Source: an uncultured Planctomycetaceae bacterium (lineage in GTDB: Bacteria; Planctomycetota; Planctomycetia; Planctomycetales; Planctomycetaceae). Taken from it: DNA of 64,000 bases. Each line of letters begins with the position of its first letter. Position 1 is the first letter of the stretch. The notes beneath the pieces are model-generated. The model worked only from the letters and a program-made list of their open reading frames with translations. It searched no databases and was not told the DNA's origin. The stretch is from NCBI GenBank assembly GCA_963815195.1, contig CAWFGE010000008.1, positions 224,001 through 288,000 on the forward strand, written 5' to 3'. Shown one piece after another: positions 41,712-54,142 of the stretch. A program made the position numbers and the translations under genes.

Positions 41712-43961
41712 TCATTTCGCGAGGTCTTCGAGCTTCCGCACCACATCGTCCGGCAGGAACTTGTCGCGATGCCCCGCCGCGCGGTTGATTTGATCCAGCT
41801 CCAAAGCGGTTTTCGCTTCATCTCGCGCCCGTTCCCGATCCCCGGCGAGTTGAAACGCCGAGGCCCGCTCCGCCCGCAACGGGGCATAGTTTGGATACCG
41901 CTCCACGGCTTTCGAGAAATACTCGACGGCCCGGCCGGCCTCTTCGGGCGAACTCTCGATCGACGCCCGCTGCGCAGACATCTCGCCCAGCCGGCGATAC
42001 CCGGCGTAGCTCGCCGGGTCGCCCTTGACGGCCAACTTCCCGGCGAGGGCGGCCCGCTCAAAATCCCGCGGCCGCCGGCTGCCCTGCCAGATCTGAAAAT
42101 ACAATTCCGCCAGATGTTCGGCGGGTTCGGGCGAATCGGGATCCGCTTCCTCGGCCTCTTCGAAGGCCCGGGCCGCCGCCAACGGTTTGCCATCCGAAAC
42201 CGCCGCGTTGCCGATCAAAAGATACAAATTCCGATTCCACACCGGCCCCGTGGCCGAGACCAGGCACAGAAAAAACGCAAGCAGCGCCGCCGCCCGCGAT
42301 CGCAAAGTATTCGCTTCGGAGCGCGCTGGATGAGGAGAGAATGTTTCGCGTCGGATTCCCACGGCCCCCAATCCAAAAAGACCAACAGGATCAAAGCCGT
42401 TTGCGTGATCGCGGGCATTTCCATCCCGCCGGCTCCCAACAAATGCACCATAAGCGCTGCGATTCCCGCAAACATCGCCTCGCGCGGAACCTTGGCCAAG
42501 GGAGTTTTTCTGAGGATCGCCCACACAATGACTCCGGCCAAAAGCAGCCCAACCAGCCGCAGTCCGACGAAATCGCCGGAGACCCAGCGAACGAGCATCA
42601 CCAAAAAAAACGCCGCCGCCGCGCCCGCTTCCCAGGCGGAAAACGAAAGGCCGTTCTCCGCGGAGGCGTCGACCGTTCGCTCGCGGCGAACCTGGCGAAC
42701 CGCCCATCCCAACAGCAGGAAGGATCCCAACAGGGCCAAGAGGCCGCCGCTGGTCCAGAGATCGAAAATCCAATTGTGCGGGTCGGCGATTTCCTCGCTG
42801 GACTCGGGGAGCTTGTATTGCAAGTAATGTTGCCGAAAATTCCCCGGCCCCGTGCCCAGCCAGGGATGCTCTTTGACGACGTCCCAAGCCCCGGCCCAGT
42901 ATTGCAAACGATACGCGAGCGACTTGGGGGCCTCGGAAATCACTTCCCGATCGAACCCCCCGCTCTGGGCCGCGATCCAAAAAAACACGCCCGCCGCGAG
43001 GACCATGCCGAGCGCCGATCCAACCCCAGCGGCGGTTCCGTCCCGGCCCCGCCAGCTTTGCCGCGAAAAACCAGGCGGCAAGCCCCGCGGCGAATCCCAC
43101 CCACGCCGTGCGGCTTTTCGTCAAGATTAAACAGAACCCGATCAGCAGCAAACACAAGAGCTTGACCGCATCGCCCCACACAGCGCCCGACCGAAAACTC
43201 GAAAACCGCGTCCGGAATTTGAGAAAGCCCATCCCCGCGAACAACCACGCGACGAGAAAGCCCGCCAGGGTGTTGGCGAGCGCGAACGTCGCAAACGGTT
43301 CGGTGGACCGCAGCCGGTTTTCCCAAAGCGATCGGCTGACCGGATTCTCAGGCGCGCCCATCTCCGCGAGTTCCCGCTGGAGGCGAGCCGCTTCTCGGCG
43401 GGCGGCGATCGTGCCGATGCCCGATTGCTCGCCGAGTTCCCTGGTGATCCGTTCGTAGTCTTCCGCGAGCCGAGGCAGCTCGACATAGTGCTGCCAGATT
43501 CCCAATCCCGCCAGCAAAGCCGAGGCGGCAATCATCAGCACCAACAACCGCCGGCCGTCGCCCGCCGTTCGCAGCACCTGCCGGAGCACAAAAAACGACA
43601 GCCCCAATCCCACCCACTCCCAAAACATATTGAGGGCGGACCGCTGGTTGCCGTTCCCGGCGAGCACCCACAGCGTCGAGATCCCATGCCCCGCGACAAC
43701 GAGCCAAACCGCTGCATCGACCCAGCCGAGCTTCAAGCGGTAGTCGTCCCGCCGGTAGGCGTCCCAGCCCCAGAGGACCGCCGCGAGGATCCAAAGCTGC
43801 GTGATCCAAAGCGTCTCGCCGAGCACCGAGGCTTCCGCCGGGATGAGCAATCTCGCGACAATCAACAACGCCGCGAGCGCTTGGAGAAGGCGATACAGCG
43901 AGCCTTCGGCGAAGCGCTCGCTGTGGACGGTTTGGGCGGCGGGGGTTTGTGAGCGGACCAT
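41712..43961 (-). CDS. O-antigen ligase-family membrane protein with C-terminal TPRs (internal frameshifts)
   Basis: LTKSRTAW; the alternative frame 42215-43081 has RLQYW, PWLGTGPGNF, DPHN; TPR-like tail. Confidence 0.8.
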   Translation of the reverse strand: MVRSQTPAAQTVHSERFAEGSLYRLLQALAALLIVARLLIPAEASVLGETLWITQLWILAAVLWGWDAYRRDDYRLKLGWVDAAVWLVVAGHGISTLWVLAGNGNQRSALNMFWEWVGLGLSFFVLRQVLRTAGDGRRLLVLMIAASALLAGLGIWQHYVELPRLAEDYERITRELGEQSGIGTIAARREAARLQRELAEMGAPENPVSRSLWENRLRSTEPFATFALANTLAGFLVAWLFAGMGFLKFRTRFSSFRSGAVWGDAVKLLCLLLIGFCLILTKSRTAWVGFAAGLAAWFFAAKLAGPGRNRRWGWIGARHGPRGGRVFLDRGPERGVRSGSDFRGPQVARVSFAILGRGLGRRQRASLAGHGAGEFSATLLAIQAPRVQRGNRRPAQLDFRSLDQRRPLGPVGILPAVGMGGSPGSPRANGRRLRGERPFVFRLGSGRGGGVFFGDARSLGLRRFRRTAAGWAAFGRSHCVGDPQKNSLGQGSARGDVCGNRSAYGAFVGSRRDGNARDHANGFDPVGLFGLGAVGIRRETFSPHPARSEANTLRSRAAALLAFFLCLVSATGPVWNRNLYLLIGNAAVSDGKPLAAARAFEEAEEADPDSPEPAEHLAELYFQIWQGSRRPRDFERAALAGKLAVKGDPASYAGYRRLGEMSAQRASIESSPEEAGRAVEYFSKAVERYPNYAPLRAERASAFQLAGDRERARDEAKTALELDQINRAAGHRDKFLPDDVVRKLEDLAK

Positions 43962-43997
43962 TCGCGATCGGGTAAGGCGCGCGGACAGCGGACCGCG

Positions 43998-45374
43998 CTA
44001 CGCAATGATGTCGTGCACCACGTTGCCGTACACGTCCGTCAAGCGAAAATCGCGGCCGGCGTATCGGTACGTGAGTTTTTCATGATTGAGGCCGAGGAGA
44101 TGGAGCATCGTCGCGTGCAGGTCGTGCATGTGGACGCGGTTCTCGATGGCGAAATACCCGAACTCGTCGGTGCTCCCATAAGCGAGGCCCGGCTTCACGC
44201 CCCCGCCCGCGAGCCACGTGGTAAAGCCCTGCGGGTTGTGGTCGCGGCCGTTCGTGCCCTGGGCGATCGGGGTCCGGCCGAACTCGCCGCCCCACACCAC
44301 GAGCGTGTCGTCGAGCATGCCCCGCTCTTTCAGATCGGCAAGCAAAGCCGCGATCGGCTGGTCGGTCAGCAGGGCGTTCTTTTCGTGGCCGGATTTGAGG
44401 TTGCTGTGCTGGTCCCATTTGTTGCCGGTGGAGACTTCGACGAACCGCACACCGCTTTCCACAAGCCTTCGGGCCAACAGGCATTGGCGGCCGAAGTTGT
44501 CCGTGGCCGATTCGCCGATGCCGTAGAGCTTGTGAACGTGTTCCGGCTCCCGGCTGAGATCGAGCACATCCGGCGCGGCGTTCTGCATGCGGTAGGCCAG
44601 ATCGACCGATTCGATCGCCCCCTGGATTTGCTCATCCTGCTTCGCCCGCTCGAGATGATCGCGGTTCAACGATTGCAAAAGCTGAATCTGCCGCCGCTGC
44701 TCTGCCGTGGACAAGCGGTCGTTGCCGAGGTATTGGATTTTCGCGTTGCCGAGGTCCCCCGAATGCCCGATGGTCGTGGCTTGATGAATCGCCGGCAGAA
44801 ACGCGGAGCCATAGTTCCGAGGGCCGCCGTGCCCGCTCGCGGGGCTGATGGACACGAACGACGGCAGATCGGGATTGTCCGTGCCCAAGCCGTAAGACAC
44901 CCAGGCTCCGACCGACGGCCGCACCAGGTTGTCGCTGCCGGTGTGGAGCATCGAGACCGCCTGCCCGTGCGATTGGCCCCGGCTGTGCATCGAGTGGATC
45001 ACGCACAGATCATCGATGTGCCGGGCGGTGTGCGGCAGGAGTTCGGAGACCCAGTTCCCGCACTCGCCGTGCCGGGCGAACTTCCACGGGGACTTCAAAA
45101 GCTTGGGCGTGGCGTCGATGTTCTTCGCCGGCTCGAAGGGCAGCTTTTGCCCGTCCATCTCCTGGAGCTTGGGTTTGTAGTCGAAGGTATCGACCTGGCT
45201 CGGGCCGCCGTGCATGAACAGAAAAATCACCTGCTTGGCCTTGGCCGGATGATGGGCCTTCCGCGCATGGAGTCCCGCCTGAGCCAGCGAAGCCGGCATG
45301 GTCTGAAGCGCCAACCCGCCCAAACCGAGCGCGGAGAGTTTCAAAAGATCGCGGCGCGTGTAAGAAGTTTTCAT
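43998..45374 (-). CDS. DUF1501 domain protein (Tat signal)
   Basis: [38 protein letters not shown]. Confidence 0.92.
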   Translation of the reverse strand: MKTSYTRRDLLKLSALGLGGLALQTMPASLAQAGLHARKAHHPAKAKQVIFLFMHGGPSQVDTFDYKPKLQEMDGQKLPFEPAKNIDATPKLLKSPWKFARHGECGNWVSELLPHTARHIDDLCVIHSMHSRGQSHGQAVSMLHTGSDNLVRPSVGAWVSYGLGTDNPDLPSFVSISPASGHGGPRNYGSAFLPAIHQATTIGHSGDLGNAKIQYLGNDRLSTAEQRRQIQLLQSLNRDHLERAKQDEQIQGAIESVDLAYRMQNAAPDVLDLSREPEHVHKLYGIGESATDNFGRQCLLARRLVESGVRFVEVSTGNKWDQHSNLKSGHEKNALLTDQPIAALLADLKERGMLDDTLVVWGGEFGRTPIAQGTNGRDHNPQGFTTWLAGGGVKPGLAYGSTDEFGYFAIENRVHMHDLHATMLHLLGLNHEKLTYRYAGRDFRLTDVYGNVVHDIIA

Positions 45375-45481
45375 GGCGGGATATTTCCGGAGGACTGTTG
45401 AAGAATATCTTTTATTCTTATGTTTCCCAAGCCGACGCCGCTGGCGTCGGACCGACGACAAGTCGTCGGCTTGGGACCTCG

Positions 45482-48411
45482 TCAATTCAACATGCGAAAT
45501 TCGGTCGAGGCAAACAAGGTGTGGATCAACTGCGCCAGCGGGCGGGGCGAATCGGTCTTCTTGTTGGCCGACTTGGCTTCTTCCGCGGCTTTCAAGAAGG
45601 CTTCCGCGCGCGCGGCTTCCGAATCCGTGGGCGGGCGGGAGAGCACCAATTCATACGTTCGGTCGATGAGGTTTTTCGGATCATCGGTTTCCGCCGAGTT
45701 CTCCACGCGGGCCGCGGCGCGTTCGGCTTGGTCCATGACGAACGGGCTGTTTAACAGGAGCAAGCGCTTGAGCCGGGACGTTCGTCACCGACCGCCGGCC
45801 TGTGACCAGATCGGGATCGGCGAAATCGAACACCAAGAGGATCGGCGGGAGTCTCGGCCCGGATGATCGGCAGATAGGCGCTGCGATGCTCCGAGGCCTT
45901 TCGCTCGAACTTGGTTTGCTCGGATGTGTTCTGCGTGACCAGCGTGCCCAAGCCTTCCACGGGCGTGCCGCCGGGCGAAAGATCGACCGCGCCGCTGATG
46001 GCGAGCATCGCATCGCGAACAGCCTCGGCCGGGAGTCTGCGGCGGTTCGCCCGCCAGAGCAGGCGGTTCTCGGGGTCGGCGTTCCAGGCGGCAGGGTTAA
46101 GTTCGCTACTCATCCCGTACGCCCGGCTGAGCACGATCCGCCGAATGGTCTGCTTCGTCGACCAGCCGTCCGCGATGAAATCCGCCGCCAGCCGGTCGAG
46201 CAATTCGGGATGCGAAGGCCGATCGCCGAGCTTGCCGAAGTTGTCCACGCTGGGCACGATGCCCTGGCCGAAGAGATGATGCCAAATCCGGTTGACAAAA
46301 ACGCGGGCCGTCAGCGGATTGTTGGGATCGGCGATCCAATCGGCCAGTTCCTTCCGGCCGCTTTGTCCGGGCGAAAACGCCGGCAGTTCGCCCCACGTCG
46401 CCACTTGCAAAACCCCGCGGGGCACGACCTCGCCGCGATTTTGATGATCGCCCCGAACGCAAATCGCGCAGTCGGCGACCTTCGGGGCCTCGGTGACCGC
46501 AATCGCCTTGGGCAAAGGCGGCGGGGCGTTTTTTTCGAGCGTCTTGAGCTCCGCTTCCAACCGCGCTTGTTTGCCCTTCGCTTTTTCCAAAGCCGACGCG
46601 GCCTTCTTGAATTCGGGATTGTCCGCCGCAACCGCCGCATGCACCGGCTTGCCGTTTTTGTCGAGTTCCACGAGCCGGACGGCATCCGCGATCACATAGC
46701 CTTCGGTGCCGCGCGTGGAGATCGTAATCACCGCCGGCTGTTTTTCGCTAAAGGGAAACTTCCCGACGGAAGCAAACAACCCATCGATCGGCGGTTTCTT
46801 TGACTCATTCAAAGTGACTTCGACCTCGGCGTCGGCGTGCTTGATGCTCACCGGCACATTGCTCGCCCGATTGCCGCCCGTTGTGTAAGACAGCCGCACC
46901 TCGTAAGTCGCCGCGCGGGGAATCTCGATCGTATATTCAATCCACTTCTCGCCCTTCTCGGACTGGTCATCGTGCACATAGCCCGTGCCGATGAAGGAAG
47001 GCGAATACGTGGAATCCTTCCACACGCCGGTCTTCTTGGCGTCGGCATCGTCCGCCGTCAGCGAACGTTCGCCCGCCTTGAGCTTCGCCAAAGATTTCTC
47101 CAGGTTCGTCTGCTGTTTCTTCGCCTGGGCGATGGCGGACTTGAATTCCTTCTGTTTGGCCTCAAACTTTTCGACGGCGGCGAGATGCTCAGGCGAAGTC
47201 GGCAAAGTCCGGCGGGGCCAGGTGGAGACGTATTGCTGGCTTTCGCCTTTGAGGGTTTCCGTGCTTTGAAAAATGCCCGCCATCGCGTAGTAGTCGGCCG
47301 TGGGGATCGGATCGAACTTATGATCGTGGCAGCGGGCACAACCGACGGTCATCCCCAAAAACGCCTGCCCGATCGTATTGATCTGCTCGTCCACGACATC
47401 CATCGTGAGCTTCATCTTGTCCCGCTCGCTGAGCATCTTCGCCCCCATCATCAGAAACCCCGTCGCCACGACTTGGTCGGTGCGCTCGGCATCGGTTTCG
47501 CTCGAAAGCAAATCGCCCGCGATCTGCTCGCGCACGAACTGGTCGAACGGCTTGTCGCGGTTGAAGGATTCGATGACATAGTCGCGGTACTTCCAGGCGT
47601 TGTGGAAGGTCGCGTTGAAATCGCCGCCGTTGGAGTCGGCGTAGCGGGCGACATCCAGCCAATGCCGGCCCCAGTGGACGCCGAACTCCTTGGAATCGAG
47701 CAGCCGATCTACGACCCGCTCCCAAGCCCCGGGTGAGTTATCGCTGAGAAACTCCTCGACCTCGGCCGGCGAAGGCGGGAGGCCGATGAGATCGAAATAC
47801 AGCCGGCGAATCCGCGTCCGGCGGTCCGCGTCGGGGGCAGGCTTCAAGCGGGAGTGTTCTAACTTCGCCAGCACGAAAGCATCAATGTCATTAAGCGGCC
47901 AATTCTTGTCCGAGACCGCCGGCGCCTCCGCCCGCTTCACCGGCTGAAACGCCCAAAACTTTTTGCCGGCTTCGATGTCGATCGTCCGCGGGGCCGCTTT
48001 GGGTTCCGCGGCCGGCGTCTCGGTGCGGGGATCGTAGGCCCCGGTTTTGATCCACCGCTCGAAGTCGTCGATGATCTTCTTCGGCAACCGCCCGGCGGGA
48101 GGCATCTCGAAACTTTCGTAGCGGAGGGCTTCCATGAGCAGGCTTTCCTCCGGCTTGCCCGCCACCAGAGCCGGCCCCGAATCCCCGCCGTCGAGCAGAC
48201 CCGCCGCCGAGTCCACACGCAGGTTTCCTTTAATTTCCTTCGCCGTCGCGGAATGGCATTCGTAGCAATGCTTCACGAGCACCGGGCGAATCCGCGACTC
48301 GAAAAACGCCCGCTCCTTCGCATCCTCGCCCAGCGATACGCGTGTCCCCCAAAGGGCGGACACCAATGCGGCCAGCATGATCAGCGTGCAGCGAACCATA
48401 AAACGAACCAT
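45482..48411 (-). CDS. Planctomycete cytochrome c / DUF1549 / DUF1553 protein (frameshift near 45.8 kb)
   Basis: [51 protein letters not shown] 45482-45763 supplies the C-terminus. Confidence 0.9.
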
Positions 48412-48710
48412 TCCAGGTAAGACAGGTCTCGAGCGGATGGAATTTTCGGGGGGGCGGGTCTATTCGGCAGGCGTGATGCTCCCATGATACAAGACTCCAT
48501 CAAAAAATGCACCGCTCAAACTCGCTCCAAATCCAACTCGCCGGCGAATTTCCGATCCCAGTCAATGAAGCCGAACCCCGCTCGAATCGGGAACCGCCTT
48601 AACAATCCCCGCCGCTCTCTTGACCGGCCCAGTCCACAAAATTAGGATCAACACACAAACGGTCATCAAGATTTCCCCCGCCCCAACCGATACAACCAAA
48701 AAAAGTCTCA

Positions 48711-48783
48711 GGCGCCGTAGCCAAGTGGCCTAAGGCAGCGGATTGCAAATCCGCCATCGCCGGTTCAAATCCGGCCGGCGCCT
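48711..48783 (+). tRNA. tRNA-Cys (GCA)
   Basis: GGCGCCG/CGGCGCC acceptor stem, GCGGA-TTGCAAA-TCCGC anticodon arm, GGTTCAAATCC T-loop, U discriminator. Confidence 0.95.
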
Positions 48784-48786
48784 CTT
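48738..48786 (+). repeat. attL core (3' part of tRNA-Cys)
   Basis: GCGGATTGCAAATCCGCCATCGCCGGTTCAAATCCGGCCGGCGCCTCTT. Confidence 0.92.
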
Positions 48787-50307
48787 CGGACATCAGCGGA
48801 CATTCGCGGCTCATCATCGCCCAAACCCTTAATTTTCAAAGGGTTTGGGCGATTCGCTTTTTTTGGCGTCGGATCGGGGTTTTCCCCACTTCCGGACATC
48901 TGCGGACATACGCTGCCGGGGGCTGGTCCAAGTTTTGGTCCAAGTTTTTGCGGAGCCTGCCCGTCCGTCCCGGTCGCCTGGAGGGATTCCGGGCGGTCCG
49001 ATCCGCCCGGTTTCGGAACGACGGGAACGCCCACCAGAGCCGCCGCCACGTCCCGGGCCTGCAAATGACTGTATCGGTCCATCGTGAGCTTGAATCGTCG
49101 AATGGCGGGCCAATTCCTTGGCCGTGTTGGGGTGAACCTCGGCCGTCGCGAGGGACGAAATGAAAGTGTGACGCAGGGCGTGGAAATCGAAGACGCAGCC
49201 GCGGGCGTCTTCGTACTTGAACAGGTCGGATCGTTCCCGTTGCTCCCGGACGAACGATTTCGCATCGTCGATCCAATTCGTTCGCGCGGCTTCCAGGTCG
49301 ATGCGAAGCATCTTCGCGGCGGTTCGCCACCACGAGCCGGGCCACAAGAGGGCGTCCGGGTCATCCTCCCGCCGTTTCGCAATCCAATCGGACAACCAGG
49401 CCGCGGCCTCAGGCGAAAGCGGTTGGACATCGAGCCGGCGGCGTTTCGAGTAGGCTGCAGCGACGGTGATGGTCGGGGGATTCGCGGCGAGGTTGAACGA
49501 CCTGGGCGTGAGGGACGCGAGTTCCTGCGCCCGCAGCCCCGAATAAGCGGCCGTGAAATAGAGCATCATGCGATCTTCGCCGGCGAGCCGCCGATAAACT
49601 TCCTCGGATTCCTTCGCGGCCTTGATGAGCCATTCCAATTCTTCGGGCGTCGCGGCCCGGCGTTCCCGCTTCACGTCCACGTCTTCATTCACCGGCGAGA
49701 GATGATGCGAAAAGATTCTCCGGCCAACGGCGTTCCTTGATGAGCCAGGTTCCGAAGTTCTTGATGACCTGCAAATAATCGTTGCTGGTCGCCGCGCCGA
49801 TCCGGCCGGAATCCGCGTTCATTTTTCAGCCAGTCCGCCACGCGATGCGCCTGCAGGTGTTGCAGCTTGATGAAATCGGCATCCGTCGAAAAGCCGTTGA
49901 AGGCGGTTGGCTTGCTGTTGAACATGGTCGGGGGAATTGTCTTTCGATTCGAGATGCCGGCGGAAATCCTCCACGTGTTCCGAAAGCATCCGCTCGCGAT
50001 GCTCTTCATAGGGATCCGAGTAGCCATTCTTTTCGCGGTTCGCTTTGCGGACGATCTCGCGGAGCATCTCGGCCGCTTCGTCCTTGTCCGCCGAAAGCGG
50101 CTCGCGTTGAATGACGCCATCGGCATCCCGATACTTGCCGTACCATTTTCGGGTCTTGCGTAGGCAGCGTTCGCCATCATCGGTGAGCGGGGCCGTGATC
50201 ACCCGGCCGCGGGTTCGGAAGCGGGCGAACTTCCGCCCGTCCTTCTCGACGATCTCGGCTTGTTTCGGGATGGGGGCGGGGTAGGTGTGCTGATACAGAT
50301 GGGCCAT
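48765..50307 (-). CDS. Tyrosine recombinase/integrase (split over several frames)
   Basis: SGLRAQEL, FHALRHTF, LARHST and TMDRYSH catalytic motifs spread across ORFs 48829-49692 and 48765-49430; N-terminus in ORF 49819-50385. Confidence 0.88.
48924..48948 (+). repeat. Putative integrase arm-type site (left)
   Basis: TGGTCCAAGTTTTGGTCCAAGTTTT, identical to 63701-63725. Confidence 0.7.
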
Positions 50308-50405
50308 TGGATTCGATCCTTTCTGATACGCGCCGGCCACGCGGGGCGGCGGGGTATCAGTCCCGCTCGCCCCGGCAGCCGGCAAAGGTCAATAACACCA
50401 TAACA

Positions 50406-50711
50406 TCACCGATGGCCGATTTCATCTCGGATTCGCTGCTCTTCCATCGCCTGCCATTCGCTGCGGGTTGGGAGCGTTCCGTCTGGCTTTTGGGATGCCA
50501 GCCAGCGGACAATCACATCCCGAAGCCAACGCTTCGAGCGCGTGCCGATCGTCAGGGCCTTGGGGATCTTGCCTTCCGAATCCAACCGGCGGACTTGGCG
50601 TTCATCCACCCGCAATTCGCGGGCGAGTTCTTCGGCCGTCATGGTCAAAGGCGGCGGAAGTTCATCCGCAGATTGCGGCGGGGGGAACGGGATGGTTTCG
50701 GGTTTGCTCAT
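50406..50711 (-). CDS. AlpA/excisionase-like HTH protein
   Basis: MTAEELARELRVDERQVRRL..EGKIPKAL.IG..SKRW. Confidence 0.85.
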   Translation of the reverse strand: MSKPETIPFPPPQSADELPPPLTMTAEELARELRVDERQVRRLDSEGKIPKALTIGTRSKRWLRDVIVRWLASQKPDGTLPTRSEWQAMEEQRIRDEIGHR

Positions 50712-51213
50712 GTCAATTCGCTTGATCTATAGCGTTTGCGATTGTGAAAAATGATGAACCGTCAGTCGCCATTGCTGTTCCGATCCGCGGCCGGGCTGAT
50801 GGAGAAGCCCAACCGCCTGAAGAGTTTGCCGGCCTGGGCCGTGTTTGTAATTTCTTCCATTCGGCTTTTTGGTAACTAGGATTTACCGTTCACGGCAGAG
50901 TTTCACGGCCTCTTTTGAGGCATGTTTCCATTCCCCGCCCCGCTTCTTTTTCAGCCGGTTCAAGGCTTTCTCCGCATCCTCACCCGGTAGCGGCTTCGGC
51001 GGCGGTGCAGTTCGCGGGGCGAAATCGGCCCAGCCGAACCGAGACAGGTCAAAAGGTACTTCCCCCCGATCGCTCTTATTTTTCGTGAACGAGAAGTACC
51101 GCAGGTATAAAACACACTTTGTTTCTTCGCCGATACGGGCCATGTTTTGGTGTCCTGACGCCATTGACACTGACACTTTTGGTTTTCCCGCGGGATTGAA
51201 CGAATAACGTCAT

Positions 51214-53147
51214 TCAGCCCGCTCGCCAGTCCTCGAAATCCAACAGCCGAAACTCCCGCCGGGGGCGTCGGCGGGTTTTCACCAACCGCCATTCCCCGCC
51301 CCGCTTCCTTTTCAGCCGGTTCAAGGCTTTCTCGGCTTCTTCGCAGGTGCGGTAGCGGCTTCGGCGGCGATGCAGTTCGCGGGGCGTGATGGATCCCCCG
51401 TTGGCTTTGATGACCAATTCCAGATCCCGAAATTCCATCAGTTCTTCATCAGCCCCGCCGGGAACCTGGAAGGCGGAATAGATACGTTTCGTTTCCCGGC
51501 CGAACCATTCCGCCAAACGGATCCCAGCCCGCAAACTCTCCAGCCCCACGGCTTCGCTCTCGGCGTTCAACGTCACGAGTTCCACCAAATGCAACAGAAG
51601 AGCCAGCCGCGCCGCATAGCTTTCCAGTTTCGACCAGGCCGAAGCCAAAGCCCCGAAAGGTCGGCTTGTTCCTCCCCGTGCCGATCCATGAATGCAATCC
51701 ATTCGGTCCGGGCGTCGGGAGTCAGCCCCACCAGCTTGGGGCGGGGCATTCCCATATCATCCCGTTCGGGTTCCAAATCCAAGAGTCCCTGATAAACGTC
51801 GGCCAATTGAGCTTGAGCGGTTTCCCCCACTTCGGCATCAATCCAGCGGCGGGGCGTGCGGGGCGGCATGGCCATCAGAAACCGGGCGGCCAATCCGTTC
51901 TGAAAATGCTCCCGTCCCAAAACGGATTTCAGGATCTCCGGCTGAATGCCCCCGGTGATCGAAACCGCGGCTCGGCTGATGTGAGTCACGGGAACGGAAG
52001 TCTTTCGATCCACGGTGATGGAATCCGTATCAAACAGCGAAAGCCATTTCGCCACATCCCCGCCGTTCCCCGAACGGTACTGATTGAAACTCTGAAACCA
52101 GCCGCTCAATTCATCGCGCTGCACCAACAGCCCTTTCGGGTTTTCCATCAACCGCACGGGCAGGGCTTCGGTTGTGGTGTCATCGATCAACAGGCGGCGG
52201 GCGGTGGGCGGGGCCGGCGAATCGGGCGGCGGTTCCCCGCGGCGGCGGCCGGCCCGCTTCCATTCCGCCAGGTCCGCATCGAATTGGGTTTTGTCTTGGG
52301 CGTGGCGCTCGAGGTCTTCATCGAATTGGGCGAACCATCGGCTTTGAATCGCCCGCAGCGGCCGCAAGGCCATCTTCATGGCGGGGGATTTGCCCGTTCC
52401 CGATTCGCCGATGGTGCAGGTCCAAATCACGGGCGGGACGATCCATTCCTCTTTAATCCGAAGCGCCGGGAGATGCCCACGCATCCGCCCAAGGCGGAAA
52501 GGATCGGCAGAGCGATGAACGCGGGATCGCAGCCGGCGGACAGGGCGGCGCGGGACGTAAACTCTCCGAGCGGTTTCGGCAGACAATCCACGGGGAACGG
52601 CTCGAACGTTCCCAGTTCGCCCAGTTTTTCGGAAGGCGGGCAGGAATCAAACAGGGCGGCGGGATCATCTTCTCCCAACCAACGCGCTTGGATTTCTTCC
52701 CAGGATTCGGCGGGGTTCATCAATGCGGCTTGCACGGTCTTCGCTCGCGCGAGCAGCCGACGGCGTTTCGCACATTCGGCCACGATGCCCGCGTAATTCC
52801 GCACGTTGGCGGTGCTTTGCGGGGCTTCCATGATTTCCGCAAGAAACAGCGCCCAGCCATCGGCGGGCGCATTCTTGGGGGGCAAGCGTTGCGCCAGAAT
52901 CACCGAATCCACGGGCAGCCCGTCGCGGTCGAGTTCCAGGGCCAAAGCGAAAATCGTTTGATGCTGGTGCGTTGTAAAAATCGCCTGGCGCAATGATTTC
53001 GCCGGCGGCTTCGATCGCTTCGGGACTGTTGAGAATGACCGAACCCAACACGGCCCGCTCCGCATCGGGATTGTTCGGGGGCAATTCAATCGACCGTTGC
53101 CGGCCGTTGTCGGGTTGATTGAAGAGACGATTTATCATCGGACTCAC
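51214..53147 (-). CDS. Replication protein: DnaB N-terminal-like domain + DUF3987/YfjI P-loop domain (frameshifted)
   Basis: LPPNNPDAERAVLGSVIL; FPVDCLP; GESGTGKS Walker A; DTTTEAL; RDELSGW; GGIQP. Confidence 0.78.
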
Positions 53148-53354
53148 TTCGTTGAAGTCTGGTGAGTCCCGGCAATCGTCGCGGAATCCGCGTTCCCAAA
53201 ATCGGTTCTGGTCCGTAAGATGGTGTTGCGAGATTCCGGCAAACCGCCGGGGTTCCCACGGCCGGCCCGGTCATCACGGGTTGGCCGTTCCCTTTGCGCC
53301 CATGCAAAAAGCCCACGGGGGATCCGTGGGCTTCAGTGCGCACGGCGGTTTGGT

Positions 53355-53552
53355 TTACTTGGGCTTCGCGTTCGGTGAAAAATTCCACTGGCGTTCTTCA
53401 ACGTCGTCAGCGGTCCAATCCCAAGACTTCGATGAATTGAGTCTTGGGGCCGGGAATTTGCCCGTTTTGAGAGAGTGGCGCAATTGCCAATAGCTGAAAG
53501 AGTCGGAAATCCGCGGGATTGGATTTCCGAAAAGTGCTTCTTGAGTTGTCAT
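53355..53552 (-). CDS. Small putative DNA-binding protein (AlpA-like)
   Basis: GGAGG RBS; SYWQLRHSLKTGKFPAP..W.WT.DDV. Confidence 0.5.
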   Translation of the reverse strand: MTTQEALFGNPIPRISDSFSYWQLRHSLKTGKFPAPRLNSSKSWDWTADDVEERQWNFSPNAKPK

Positions 53553-54142
53553 TAATAACCTCCACAAACATGTAGTTTTAGCTGGAGGGTCGATTCCGAT
53601 CGCTGGGCACCATTTGACAGGTTATAGCGGGCCATGACCGCTCGCGAAATCTTCATCAAACATCCTCCAAGAGGAAAATTCGGTCCGGTTGACGCTGGCA
53701 TTTAGACAGGCACCCTCCAGATTCCCCCAGATGTGGGGCAATGCCGGCCAAGGTCGCTGCAACAGTTCTAGCAAGTTGTGGGGGAATGTCAATCCGCAAA
53801 CACAAGATGTGCGGCCCACATTGTCCCGCGTTCGCAAAACTTTCGGCGATTTCTGAGGAGCCCAATGACAATATTCGTTTTCCCGCTTTGTTTCACGTAA
53901 AACTGTCAGTGTCAACGGCGTCATCGGCTGGGAAAGCCGGTCAAAAAAACTTGGCGATATTTTTTGCCGGTGCGGGTCCTTCCGAGACCCTGCCCCCGTC
54001 CCGCGGGTATCCAATCGCTGGTTTTTCGCCGATAAATCGGATCTTTATGGGGGTTCTTCTTCTTACTCTTTGGTGGAGCGAATCGGCGAACTCGCGGACA
54101 GAAGTGGCGGGATGCCAAAGGACCTGGCTACAACGAAGCGGG

